A stretch of DNA of 63,897 nt, filler included, from Reticulomyxa filosa (taxonomy: Eukaryota > Protista > Foraminifera), in assembly GCA_000512085.1 (NCBI GenBank). It is 23 parts of 23 records of this genome, joined end to end, with 100 filler letters (N's around TTAATTAATTAA, not from the genome) between each part and the next. Parts side by side here need not be neighbours in the genome. Positions count along the whole stretch, not along the records: positions 1 to 1,000 come from ASPP01034092.1; positions 1,101 to 2,515 come from ASPP01028944.1; positions 2,616 to 5,096 come from ASPP01004433.1; positions 5,197 to 10,440 come from ASPP01013976.1; positions 10,541 to 12,757 come from ASPP01024900.1; 18 more parts are not named here. The stretch is one strand, 5' to 3'. The first letter of the stretch is position 1; each line of letters begins with the position of its first letter. Made by a program: the position numbers and the translations under genes. The notes under the pieces are model-generated. The model saw only the letters and a program-made list of their open reading frames with translations. It had not been told where the DNA came from and searched no databases. Shown one piece after another: positions 1 to 12,757 of the stretch.

Positions 1-333
1 TGGAATTTATGTGTATAATTCAAACCGAAACAATTTGTTCTTTTAAGATTTTATTAAGTAGATAACACGTTCAATCTGTTACAGTTTTTAAAAGAAATTT
101 CTGCAAATAAAATTGCCACGGTGAGGTACTGAAAGTAAAGTATTTATGATCTAAGGAGTTAAATCGTCAGATTAAAAAAAATCTTTCTGCAAATAGTTTA
201 ATAAAGATATCTTTTTGCATAGTGAAGACAAATGAGTATATTTCTTTTGAATATTGAAAAGAAGCAAGCCTTGGATTTGGCATTTTTTCTGTTCTATAAT
301 TTGTGTGTAATTGGAAGTCATAAATCAAGTGAT

Positions 334-1000
334 TCAATTATTGTCCCTGTTCGCTTTTTCCACAAATTCACAAAAGTCAGCCCAATTGTTAATATTCTGA
401 ACACTATATTTTGTGTCGTGTTGTTTGTTAAGATATGCAATATTTCCAATATAATCTTGCAGTTGGTGCATGAAATGGCGAACATCAGTAACAAATTGTT
501 TTTCAACCAAATCAGCTCCACTCATAGTATCAGTTTTGATATTCGATTCGGAAAGTCTTCGGTTTGTGCGCCTCTTGTTAATGGTGTCCACAAACTTGGA
601 CATTCTCTCTTTTGCAGTTTTCATTTTGTTCCAGTATTCAGTACTGACAGCATTTAAGACATTGTAAATTAAGGCGTGCTTTTGTGATGCACTCATGTGA
701 TCAAGTTCATGATCACTCATAAATGCGAGAATACTTTTCAACGGCGCAAACAATTTCTGCACATACTCAGAAGGTGTAAAATCACCAACAGAAAGGGTAG
801 AAGAGGAAGATTTGAATGTTTGCCAAGAGTCGGCCAGAACATCTACTTCCGTCAGACAAGTGACACTTTCTTCCAAAACAATAGTGATGAGACGATTCAT
901 CAATACTTGATCGCTCCATTGAATATATTGTTGAACAGATGGAAGGAGTAAACCATCCAACATTTCTTTCATTTCGAGTTGTCGTTTGTTCAAATGCCCT
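334..1000 (-). CDS. COG2: Conserved oligomeric Golgi complex subunit 2, C-terminal part (5'-truncated by contig end)
   Basis: TPSEYVQKLFAPL and MSGADLVEKQFVTDVRHF resemble the COG2 C-terminal motifs (..SxYVxxxLxPL, SDxDKIxxQLxLDVxxF) in the right order; recognised by eye. Confidence 0.65.
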
Positions 1001-1100
1001 NNNNNNNNNNNNNNNNNNNNNNNNNNNNNNNNNNNNNNNNNNNNTTAATTAATTAANNNNNNNNNNNNNNNNNNNNNNNNNNNNNNNNNNNNNNNNNNNN
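1001..1100. other. Artificial contig linker N44-TTAATTAATTAA-N44 (first of 22; others start at 2516, 5097, 10441, 12758, 14200, 17214, 20613, 21843, 25150, 29413, 34750, 36504, 38912, 47909, 52004, 53175, 55018, 56618, 57878, 59577, 62690)
   Basis: Identical 100-bp N-padded 12-mer that places stop codons in all six frames; ORFs are cut abruptly at each one. Confidence 0.98.
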
Positions 1101-2615
1101 CTTGCTCGACAAACACAAGACTACAGCCCTTGCAGCGATGGAACCGAAAAATGAAACTGATATGTTGACCAGTGAAGAGAGAAGAGAGAGAGCTCAGTGT
1201 ATCGCGAGCTCACAATTTAAAATCCAAATTGCGCATGTGCGCACGCACACAGCCAGTTTCGGCACCAGTGCTCGATATCTGCGCTAACAGAATTAGCTCA
1301 ATTTCTATAATGATCTAGTGATCATTGTTCGTTGGCGACGTAGACTGCATTCCGACATTTTCTTTGGTGCTGTGTCTCGTCAACAATTATCCACAGAGAC
1401 TTTTGTAGGCCAGTGTTGACGCAAACGTTCTTCCCATTGCTTCGAGCTGCCACTATTGAAATTGCTGCTTTCATTTCCATTTAGGACACGATATTTGAGG
1501 CTGGCCCACGTACGTAAGTGGCGAATTTAGTGATGGAATTGTTCTTCTTGACCGGAAATACGCAAATTGAACAAAGACGGCAGACTGCTTGGTTTTTTTA
1601 AAAAAAACAAATTTAACACAGTAAGGACTTAACATTATTTTTCTTTTCTTCACGTCCTCCTCCTTCTCACATCATCTTCAGCATCTTGCTTCCTGATGTC
1701 TTGGCACGAATTTCGTATCTTCTCCGATTGAGTCATTTTTACATGGACCGATTCTCACGATTTAGTCGCTCGATCGCCATGAACAAGTGTTTCCTGCAAC
1801 TTCCACTCTATTTTCTTCTTCGCCTTCGATTTCTCCGTTCGACTAGTTCATTTTTTTCTTTTAAATAAATCCAACGCAATACGGACTCGTACTTCTTTTT
1901 CTTCTATTCATTCTCGCCGTCCTCATTATTCTCATTTTTCTTTCTTGCGTGCTGGCGCCTACAATCGACAAACTCATGAACAAAGTTTAACCGTTGCGAA
2001 TACGCGCGTGTATATGGTCAGTCGAGAGCAATAATCGTGAAGAGTAGATCGATCGCTCAAAATATAAAATTCTATCATTCCACACCGATCGACTTTTACT
2101 TGGTTATGATGAAAAGTTTGGTGCCCACCAATTGAAGCTTCTGAAGGTTATGAACGATCTGGTAGCCGCAATCTGAAGAAGTAGAAAGACTTGTGCCTAT
2201 ATTGACGGCGAACAAGTATATTGAAATTGTTGGAGTAAAGATTGCATCGACGACAATCTTTTTGGTTGACATTGACCTTGGCTTGCTTTCTACACTTCTC
2301 CACTCTCGGCCACTCGTCAGGATCTTCTTCTGCGCATTTGTTGATGCGTTCGTGCGTAACAGTACGCACACATCCATAGTTTTTAGGGAACAATTTCCCT
2401 TTTTTTCATTTACATTTCTCCAGTTTTTTTTCTTTTTTTTCTCTTTTTTTATATTATTTTTCTATCATTTTTTTCTTTTTGCTTTTTTTATTGCCATTCT
2501 TTTTTTTTTTCTATTNNNNNNNNNNNNNNNNNNNNNNNNNNNNNNNNNNNNNNNNNNNNTTAATTAATTAANNNNNNNNNNNNNNNNNNNNNNNNNNNNN
2601 NNNNNNNNNNNNNNN

Positions 2616-4030
2616 AAAAAAAAAAAAAAATTGACGTATAACGATATGCAGAAAATAATAATATAGTGAACTTCCATGATAAACAATATCAACAACAGCG
2701 AATAGTGTTAATGCAAAGACACATGAAGATGTTGGATTTTGAAACAGTATTGGGAGTGCCATATCCACTCAGTCAAATATAAATTTGTGGATCTTTTCCA
2801 AGGCAACGTCCGAGTCAAGAAAATATTAGACATCCTTTTCACAATTCACAAACTCTAAATACCATATCTCGTTCTTGTTGTAATACCTGCGTTCTCAAGG
2901 ATCACTATGTCTCGCAAATTCATGGACAGCCCTGCCATCGTAAATACGAGTACGAGTCATCACTTCGTGTCGGAACAATGCAGACCCCCTTTGCCTAGAG
3001 ACAAAGCGGCGACTCAACACATTAAACAATGACCGAGTCATTGTATTAAATGTAAATAAAGATAAGGTCACAAGTGTTGCCTTTCAATCGATTAACATTT
3101 CCCTTTGGCTCCATTTTGTCGATATTGTCTCCATTGGGCACTTGAGACGACGACGTCGATACAATGATATCTAATCTTGGGATCACAGTTGTATCAACGT
3201 ATTTTCTCTATCTTTTTCTTCGCTAATTGCATTGACTGCTGCCAAAGACATCTTTGGTTACATTACAATCGTTATTATCGAAGCCAATTTTTATTGTAAA
3301 GTCTTATTATTGCTGCACTAGCAGAAGAAGGCAAGTACGCTTATCACGATCTCGGAATCCACGCAAAAAAATGGAAATGAAAACCAACATTACCACAATA
3401 TATACATATATATTGGCAATACTGTCCGTTCGATTCCTTCGTAATATAACAGGCATGTGTTCTTGTTGGAGTGAAGTTGTAATCGGGTATGTTTGATGTA
3501 TGCCATTCTTATTGCGATGAATGTTCTACGCGATTTCGAAGATCTACTGCGTCTATGCCTTGACAAAGATGATGAAGTGCATCTGTCCAGGGGATTTCTC
3601 GCAGTGGCAAGCGATGGTCCTTCTATCCGTATTCATAGATGGCGATTGTGTTACTTTGGTCTACGTATACTTGCCGATCAGGGGTGGTACTTACACCATC
3701 CGAAAATGCATGACCGGCCTCGTGGAAACCCAAGCAACTTGTTTGTGTTTGGGCACTATGTGTTGATGTCGCAAGGATACCTCAGTATGTTGCTGTGGAA
3801 CACTTCGCGATATGTGAGTGTGGCCGTGTTCGTGATCCATTCAGTTCGTTATTTGCTAACAACCCCTCGTCCGTGTGTCGACGTTGTGTCGGTTTGCTAG
3901 CAATGTCACACACAGTTTTCTGTCGAACAGTTTTGCATGTGATTGCATCAAGGCAAGGGTCGTCCGACGGACATGCGCTCATGTCGCCAATATCGTCCAC
4001 ACAACCAAAGTACTACACCATAATACCCAC
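2616..4030 (-). pseudogene. Degenerate Cys-rich / membrane protein-like coding remnant
   Basis: Cys-rich fragments (GCVDDIGDMSACPSDDPCLDAITC) followed by hydrophobic segments (SCVFALTLFAVVDIVY), broken by many stops and frameshifts. Confidence 0.25.
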
Positions 4031-4589
4031 CACAATGGCACGCTCTTGTTCGTCATTTTTTTTTTTTGTTGGTTATTCAATAACTGTACCTACTTTAAAA
4101 CATCATTTGCTACAAAAAAAAAAATTTATTCTAATGACATGTTCCGCTGTGTTTGTTTAATTCACTAGCACCATCATCAAATCCAAAAATTATGTTTATA
4201 ATTTCATAAAAAAGTGTTACATTTGCCTACGTACAAGCATAAAACGTGTAAGTTATTTGTAGAATTTTTTTCAAAACAATTGCTGTGAACACATCTCTTC
4301 TTTTTTTGTGGAGAAAAAGAAAGCATTTATTTCGTGATTAATTTTTTATTTAAAATGAAAAGGAGGATGTAGGTGACTTTAAGTGTTTTGATTGTGAAAA
4401 AAAGGAACCAAAAAATTGGGCTATTGAAAACTTGCTACACTATTGAACAAGTACACATAAAATTGACAAACTAAAGGCAACGGGCCAAAAAAACACTTGA
4501 GTAGTACACTTTTTTTTTATTCTCTCTCCTCAGCCGAACAAAAAAAAAAAAATTTCAAGAATCTTGTGATTGGCAAGGTGCTGTTTAAA

Positions 4590-5096
4590 AGTGATTTTTA
4601 TTGACTTTTTTTTTTGACCTGTTTTTGAGCGTGTTGAATTTTCTTTTATTCCTCACACGTTTTTTCGGCGAGAACGAGTTGTTGCTCTCTGATTTTGTCA
4701 CACAGCACTTGCTTCATCTTTTTCGTCCATGCAAACGTCCACACACATATTATTCTCATTATCTTTTATCGTTAAATCCAACCATCCCAAAAGTCTGCAC
4801 ATTTCAACAGCTCTTCCGCCATTTTCCTACTCAAAAAAAAAAATAAATAATAATAATAAAGCATGTTATCTCCTTCCAACATACATATATGTATACGTAA
4901 TATATGTATATGTATGCACGTATAAAGAACCATTGCTCATTTCGAACGACCCAATTCAGTGGCGTGCGTCCAAAGCCGTCGGAAATGCCAAAGTTAACGT
5001 TGTTGCGCATTATGTATTTCTTGCCGCACAACAACGACAGAACACTCTTCTTTTTGCTCAACACGTTGCTGTTCGGCTCCGACAGCGCGCAATGCA
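4590..5096 (-). CDS. Ankyrin-repeat protein, 3' fragment
   Basis: HCALSEPNSNVL...DGFGRTPLNWVVRN matches the ankyrin D-x-x-G-x-T-P-L pattern. After an AT-rich intron comes LDLTIKDNENN; homopolymer frameshifts are present. Confidence 0.5.
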
Positions 5097-5196
5097 NNNN
5101 NNNNNNNNNNNNNNNNNNNNNNNNNNNNNNNNNNNNNNNNTTAATTAATTAANNNNNNNNNNNNNNNNNNNNNNNNNNNNNNNNNNNNNNNNNNNN

Positions 5197-5237
<41 letters not shown>

Positions 5238-5307
5238 AATAAAAATCTTTTTTTTTTTTTTTTCTCTTGCTATTGTTTACAAAAATAAATGCTTAATATA
5301 CTCAAAC

Positions 5308-5406
5308 ATATTGTGCAATGATTTTGTCAAATTCTTCAATCCATCCAAAATTTATAAATGATAATCTAAGCCAACTTTCCAAGATCATTTTAGACTTTTG
5401 CTCTGT
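5308..5406 (-). CDS. Exon encoding the lineage-specific W-x-R...FGWI-x-E-x-DK...Y motif (gene runs off contig)
   Basis: AG/GT-bounded exon TEQKSKMILESWLRLSFINFGWIEEFDKIIAQY; homologous to the exon at 16899-17000. Confidence 0.6.
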
Positions 5407-6112
5407 CTTTAAAATTTACAAAGTATAACTTATTTCTCCAATCATACAACAACTTCTAACAAATATTAAAGTAGCAAGAAATATCTTGAAAAATCTTACC
5501 AAAGACAGTTTTATTCTCTTTTTCCGTCGATTACGTTTTCTTTGTTTCTTCTCATTATTTGCATTTGCATTCATTCCTCCGCAGAGCTTACTGCTCCTCT
5601 TACGAACGTCAAGGTGTTGCCATGATCGCTGTTGTGGTCAATCCAATCAACAAAATTACTGCCGTCTTGGTTTGTCGTTTTCTTTTTTGTTGTGTCCATT
5701 TTATGAAGGATATCCTTTCATTACATACAAATTACAAAGTAAACTAGTGATATTTTTGCTGTCATTATATTAATTTTTTGTCCAAGATCGAACAAATTAT
5801 ATCCAATCAATAGTTTAAAACTCAGTGGTTGTGTTTAAATTTTTTTGTTGGTAGAAACAGCATGCCACCCAAAGACGTTTGAAAAACAAATAATAAACAG
5901 ACTTGTTACAATAAAGTTGAAGAAAAACAAATTGACTGCTTGTTTTAACATTTTTATTTAAAAGGTCAGCAAAAGAAAGCAAAGTAAAACAAGTTTTTCA
6001 ATAATCCAGTATGTTTGAAAAACAAACTGTTATTTTGATAATGCAAAAAATGTGGACAAATTGAAAAATTGGTTTGTAAATCCTTGGTCCAAAAAAAAAT
6101 TTTAAATGTTCA

Positions 6113-7066
6113 ATGGCATTTGAATCCTTGAAAAATTTGCCAATATCATTTTGGCATGCCCAATGCGTGTCATTAGAAGATGAGATACTAATCTGTGGTG
6201 GATTTTGCATCAACGCTTGTTATTCGTATCATCTGGTGGTACAAGATTACAAGTCGGTTTGCACTTACCCGACAAACTTGGAAAGCGCACTAAACGGACA
6301 TGGTGTAATTAAATGCGAAAAAAGCGCATCAACGAAAAGCAAAGATAAAAAGAAAGAGGAAAAAGTGGACATAGAAGAAGAAATGTTGTTATCATTTGGA
6401 GGTGAATCAAGTTCTTCAAACAATCATGTATTGTTGATGAAGTACAAAAGTGTTTGGGAGAATCCCAACTATCAAAATGTGTGGCATCCCCTTCGCAATG
6501 GATTCGGATCGAACCATTACATGGAGTACGTACGTGCAGTGATAAGTGGTCCCAATGACAGTTATTTGTTCATAGTGTACCCCCTGAGAAATTTGGCAGT
6601 CATCGATTTGAACTCACTCCAATGTATTGCCAAGGAAGAGTTGCCAATCGAACGTCTTTGGTTTGGGAGCTGCTTCGTGAAGGCAAATGATGAATTGCTG
6701 TTATTTACATACCGTCAAGGCTTATCCATCAAACAAATTGATAATTTCAGACGCTTGAAATACCAAGTCTTTTCGGTTTGTGACGGACTCAAAGATACAA
6801 ATAGTTATTCTTTTGTGTGCCTCCGAAATTCGGTTGTCGTTTTTTTTGGAGGCTATCAAAAAGATGGTACACACTCCAATCACATTTTTCAATTTTTCGT
6901 GCACGACCAATCCTGGAAACTCTGTCCGCTGCAAATGCCCGTTGCCATCAGTGGCACTTGTGCGGTGGTCGAAAGAGATGCTCTTTGGATTCATATCATT
7001 GGTGGACATGATGGCAATCGACCGAAAAAAAGACATTGCAAAATCAAAACTAAAGAATTTATTGGA
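6113..7066 (+). CDS. Divergent Kelch-like beta-propeller protein (expanded family), 3' end missing
   Basis: Kelch-type blades ILICGG, LLSFGG, VFFGG, IHIIGG with spaced Y/W residues; paralogous to 17314-17793 and 62790-63897. Confidence 0.8.
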
Positions 7067-7169
7067 GTTTACCTCTTTTTTTTTTTTTTTTTTTTGTGTT
7101 CCTTTTTTTTTTTTTTTTTTAAAAAAAAAAAGAAAAAACAAAAAGGTCAGAATGAAGTCTAAAATACCA

Positions 7170-8297
7170 TTGATGGGAGAGTCAGTAACCAAACCAATGC
7201 TAGATTGCATCGTCTCAGCAAAACCGATGACGTAAGAGGAAATGGCAACACTCATACCGACACTCAAGAGCAACCCAATGGCAGAGCCGACGTGTGGTCC
7301 AATGGTGCGACTGGTCATGTAATAAGCGCCACCACCTTTTTGAAGCCCATTGCTACAAATGGCGGACAACGACAGGCAAGTCAAACTCGTGGCCAAAGTG
7401 GATAAAAACAAAATAACAATAAAGTAGGGCAGGCCCGTTTCACCCACAACAAACGCTAACCGCAAAAACATTATCACACCAAAGACACTCAGCATCACAT
7501 TGATAAACACACCATTCCATGTCCCAAATTTTTGGGGTGTTATCACTGTGTCTTTTTCTATTGTGTATACATATACATATATATTTGTTTATGTATTTAT
7601 ATAATTGTTTGTTTGTTTGTTTGTCTTGTTTTAAAGTGTAAATCAAACAAAGTTAAACTTTTCTCACTCGTTTCTGACTTTTCGTCAGTGATAGTAGTCG
7701 CCCCTTGAGATTCTGCTTGCAGTGTCGCCTCTTTTTCGACAATACTAGCTGTTCGCCCTTTCGTTTCCGTGATCATCTTTTCGAGCAATCCCGATGACCT
7801 TGGCACGCCCAGTTTGTCCGCTTTGTCATTGCTTGTCATTTCTATCATCGTTGATTTTTCTGGCTCGTTCGCATTATGCAATTGTATTGATAAATGCATT
7901 GTTTCCACTTTATTTTTTATGTTTGTTTAAATTAAAAATAAATGACGCCTTTTTTTTTTTTTTTTTTTTGCTTTCATTCGACCCCTTACGTCGCTCCCTC
8001 CTTTGTGCACAAACCAAGTCCTCCTATTTCTGGTGTTTTGTCCGGCGTTAGAGATACGGAATTCTCTTCTTCTACAGACCCCGTGTGATAGTTCGGACGT
8101 CGTCCTTGATGAGACAAGTAGTAGGTCGCTTGTGGGAAAGATTCGTTGGGATCGACATAACACACAAGACCATACTGCTTTCGTTCAATCATCATTCTTT
8201 GCGTTTTCTCCACAAACTGGTCATACCAGTTTTCATCTTGCCCTACTTCTACTCCTTCTTTGCTTTCAACTACCTGTGGAAGTTTGTTTGGTTCCAT
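7170..8297 (-). CDS. SLC12A: SLC12-family cation-chloride cotransporter (NKCC/CCC-like), 5' exons only
   Basis: KFGTWNGVF..MLSVFGVIMFLRL..VVG and LSLSAICSNG..GGGAYYMTSRTIG are SLC12 signatures. Three exons (about 8297-7990, 7908-7650, 7560-7170); truncated after DSPIN. Confidence 0.88.
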
Positions 8298-8629
8298 TTT
8301 TAACGTAAATTGGGCAAGCGAACTTTTTTTAAATTTTATTTAGATAGTTTGCGAGGGAATTTCCAACACTTAAAAACTAAAACCTTGCGAACAGTGTCAA
8401 ATCATTTCCTCTGTTATGTTTTTAAATTTTTACACATCGTATTTTATTATAAATAAAGATTGAAGATGAAATGGTTTTTGCCATTAATATAAGTATTACT
8501 GTAAAGTTAATTGAGTATTTAAAGGACAAAAAAAAGGTTTGAAGCGGTCTAACAATGGTTTGACCACAGTGTTGAGTGATTATAGCCGTCATAGTATTGC
8601 TTTTCGAATTTAAACAGTTGCAAAATAAG

Positions 8630-10284
8630 ATGGAAACATTATCACGTCAAGAGACAAACAACAACGAGGAAATGACAGCGCTAGACACGCAATTATGGAA
8701 AATACATGTCCAAAGATCCAAAAAACAGGGAAAGAAAAATCGCGTGTACAGCGTTAACAACGCAGCTCTTCAAGGGAACAAAAAAAAATTCACCCCTGAA
8801 AGTTTCCAAATTAATTCCAAAACCAATTCTCTGACAAATCTCAATCGAACGACAACATCTAAATGGCAAGTAACCAATACATATGATGGAGAATGGAAAA
8901 ACGACTTGCGACATGGTGTGCATCTTGCACTTGTGTAAAACACTGCAAAATACTAATGACAATAATTGATTGTTTTTGCATTCAAAGGATATGGAGTGGA
9001 AACGTTGGCAAATGGAGTAAAATACGAAGGTGAATGGAAATATAATAAAAAAAGTGATTATGGAGTGTTGTGGGTTCCAAACAGCCAAAAAGAAAACAAA
9101 ATTGCAAACGACGAAATGCAATCTGTACATGTGCAATCATTGTTGGAACTGCAGACAAAAATACAGAATGAGATGATCCAAAGCAATTCGGATAATTCAG
9201 TACAATCGACATCAATGCGTCCACGTGAACATCAAAACACTCATCTCTTGAAGAATAATTTGAGAAAAATGTATCAGGGTTATTGGAAAAATGACTTTAG
9301 AGATGTAAGTTATCTTATGAAAAAAAAAAAAGTACTATCAATTTGACGTAAGTAATCAAAAAAAAAAAAAAAAAGGGAAAAGGTATATTTTATTTTAAAA
9401 ATGGAGATCGATATGAAGGTGAGTATCGCAAAAATGTAAGACATGGTTATGGTGTGATGCACTATAAAAATGGAGACAAATATTCGGGAGATTGGCAATT
9501 CCAAAAAAAAACAGGGTTTGGTCGTTATACGTTTGCTGCCACCAATGACATCTTCGAAGGGTACTGGTTATTTGATCGCAAAGAAGGCCCAGGTCATTAC
9601 ATGTATTCCAAAACAAACCAATTGTACGTAGGAGAGTGGTGCAAAGACGTCCCTGTTTGTGGCTATCTTATCAATCCAAACCCAACATTTTTGCAAAATC
9701 AAATCCCTGAGGTAATATTTCCTCCAGAATCTATATACGTATACACACATATATATACATTTTTTTTGGAAATGTAAACAAAAAAGTGTATACGTAACAA
9801 CATGTACGAATAGCTGTTTTTGGTAGAAGCGGATGACGTGTTGAAAAAACAAATTCAAAGCGTTAGACAAGAAAGAAATGCTATTCGCTCACTCGCAAAT
9901 TCCAGTATCGAAGCCTTGTTCGAACGTCATTCACAGACAGCAGACATGTTGAACGTGGTTTTCTTGGGTATAGCAGTACCGCTCCGTAAAATGCATCCCA
10001 CAGATTTGCATTTTGTGCGCTTTTATGTTTTGCAATCGCGTCTATTACAAGTTATTGCGGAATTTGGAATTGGTAATACTTCAACGGATATTCTTCACTC
10101 AACTTTGGATAATTTAGGAGTAAAGTTTGGAAAGCCAAGTCAAAAGACTATACTTAAACTCAAAGAAAAAAATTGTGTTGTAGATCAAAAAACTTATACT
10201 CCTACACAATCACAACAATACCTAATCATGACATTGTTTGATTTTGCCAAATTTATTTTTTTGTTAAAAAAAATAAGGAATTAA
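8630..10284 (+). CDS. MORN3: MORN repeat protein, MORN3-like, multi-exon
   Basis: Seven MORN units (YDGEWKNDLRHG, YEGEWKYNKKSDYG, YQGYWKNDFRD, YEGEYRKNVRHGYG, YSGDWQFQKKTGFG, FEGYWLFDRKEGPG, YVGEWCKDVPVCG) followed by IPE..ADDVL as in MORN3. Confidence 0.78.
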
Positions 10285-10639
10285 AACAAATCAAAGGGTT
10301 TACAAAGTTTTAATAAATACAATTTGATTTCATTATCACAATTACAGTATGTTGCAAAGAAAATTGAACGCCTAAAACATATCTTATGATGATAATTGAT
10401 TTTCTCAATGAAAAATCAACATTTAGACCTAATTTTTTTTNNNNNNNNNNNNNNNNNNNNNNNNNNNNNNNNNNNNNNNNNNNNTTAATTAATTAANNNN
10501 NNNNNNNNNNNNNNNNNNNNNNNNNNNNNNNNNNNNNNNNTTTTTTTTTTTTTTGTTCAAAATAATCTTCCGATATAAGAGGTTTTAAAAAATACACGTA
10601 TACATATATGCACATAAATATTATTCATTTGCCACACTA

Positions 10640-12757
10640 AACTCGGACCCATTCCTTTGCAGGATTGCGTCTCTGGTTTTCGAATATGTCAATAGTGACC
10701 GGCATTTGCCTCATGTTGAACGAAAAGCCTTCTTGTCGAAGTTCGATATCCAAGCCCGTTTTGTTGACAAACAGGTAATTGGTATACAAATAAAGGATAT
10801 TGGTGGCCAGGGTTGAGGTCGACTCGTCGCGGAAGAATGGGACCGTATTGCAAGTCTTCACCGCCGCGCATACCTTCAGCAGCTTTTGCTTTGTCTGGGT
10901 ATGCATCAGGTGGATTTTTAGAGGCTCGCTGTCCGCACCGGCAATGCCACAAAATCGGACTTGCCGATGCCAGAGATCCAAATTGACATGAAAATTTCCT
11001 CCAAATTCTGTGTCACATCATCGTAGTTTTTTTTTTTTTTTACAACACCACTTTGGGATAAATATTTCCAAAAAAAAAAACACATTTTTGTTTTGAACAA
11101 AACGTTGTCGGCCAAATCCAATGCCACGTGCTTGCTTTCGTACGCGGCGATCTTTTGCTCCCAATTAAGACGGTTTTTCTTGAGGTGGACGACGATTTCA
11201 AAGGGAAACAAATTGGTGATTAACAAGGGTGTTTGAATCATAATACTGATTAAATCGCGATAGGCCCTTGGCATCACGAAAAAGTTTTCAAGGTTATCCA
11301 ACTGCTGCCTTTGTGATGATGATGATGATGATGATGACGATGAGGAAGAGGAAGAGGGAGGGGAAAGACGTTTGGATACGACGGTGAGTACTCGCGAGCT
11401 TTCGATCATTTCGTCGACCGGTTTCAATTTGATAAAGCTCCAATCACTGGTTTTCTGCGGTGCAAAGTGAATGTTGATATGTTGCGGGTCAATGGATAGC
11501 GGGACAGGGACACTTTCCCCTGGCTGGACAATACCAAACTCTTGAGTGGACTTGAGCGTGACTGGATCAAATTTCATAATGTGTAGATTCTTGAAACTGC
11601 GCAGCGAGTCGCTGCCGTATTCCATTCGAATGCGCAGGGGCTCCAAAGTGTGGTTGCGTATTTCGCAAGGACTCCAAATGAACACATATTTACTACCTTT
11701 GCGAAACACGGTGTGCAGTACGACCATTACTTTTTTTTCGCGGTGATAATACTTCTTTCGTCTGTCTCAATTTCACATACACATAATAAATAAATAAATA
11801 AATGAATGAATGAATAAATGAATGAATTAGAAATACACACAAAACTCAGTGTCAGCAACGGATATATTTTCAAACAAGGCAATATCCCCGATTTGAAATG
11901 AAATGCAAAGACTGTTGTATTTGAACAGCTTTCCGTCAAAGGCGGACTTGAGACTGCCCGGGATTTTTAACGCCGCCGTTTTGTATGGTTCAATCACTTG
12001 CTTGTTGGCAGGCTCCGTGGTGGGCCAAACCTCCAAGGGTTCGCCCGTCTTATTTACAATATAATATGGTTTCCAATTGGTTATGATTCCATGTCTGCAA
12101 CAAAAAAAAAAAGATAAAATCAATGTATATTTTTTATTTTGTTTTATTTGATAAGTGTTACATTGTTCCAAACTTGTGTGTAGTGGCAAGTCGTGGCAAG
12201 GCGTACAATGTATCCATGACAGTCTTCAAAAAAAAGTGTGTGATGTTGATATTGACGGGGTCGGGCTCTTTTTCGTCGGACGGCGCCAGTCCCTGGAGCT
12301 TGAGAAAGATGGCCCAATTGTTGGTACGACTCTGCGATTGCAAGGCGCGATTTAGGTTCAACTGCACGTCGAGCTTGGTCTTTTCGAGCAGAGGCTCCAT
12401 GGTCACGATCATAGGATTGTAGTAGTGCGAAGTGAGAAGCGTTTCCAGATTCCCGTCGACGCCGTGTTCGTGTTGGCTCACATCGCATTGGATGTTGACG
12501 GCCTTGAGATCGAAGAAGGGCATGGCCGACGTGGTTACGATATCGTTGATCACGGATAGTGAGATCTTGTTTGCGGAAAAGGCGATTCGACGACTCATAG
12601 AAGAAGAAGAAGACGTGGGGATGACTGCAGTGGATTTGGGAGTTCCACTTTCGACAGTTTTTAATTGGGCTTGAAGTAGTCTTCTTCGATAGCACGAATG
12701 GAGGGACCAGTTTTGGTAAGCACAGGAGATGTCACCGTCGTGGAAGAGGAGGAGGAG
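10640..12757 (-). CDS. VPS13: VPS13-family lipid transfer protein, internal fragment (VAB/SHR-binding repeats)
   Basis: YYNPMIVTMEPLLE, PYYIVNKTGEPL, SPCEIRNHT, TPLLITNLFPFEI and YLFVNKTGLDI are the repeated P-x-x-I-x-N motifs of the VPS13 VAB region. Confidence 0.88.

Noticed and set aside
1045-1056. Recurrent TTAATTAATTAA resembling a repeat or regulatory motif
   Set aside because: Synthetic six-frame stop linker embedded in N padding.
1101-2515. Coding-like purine-rich minus strand
   Set aside because: No sustained frame or recognisable domain; a call cannot be supported.
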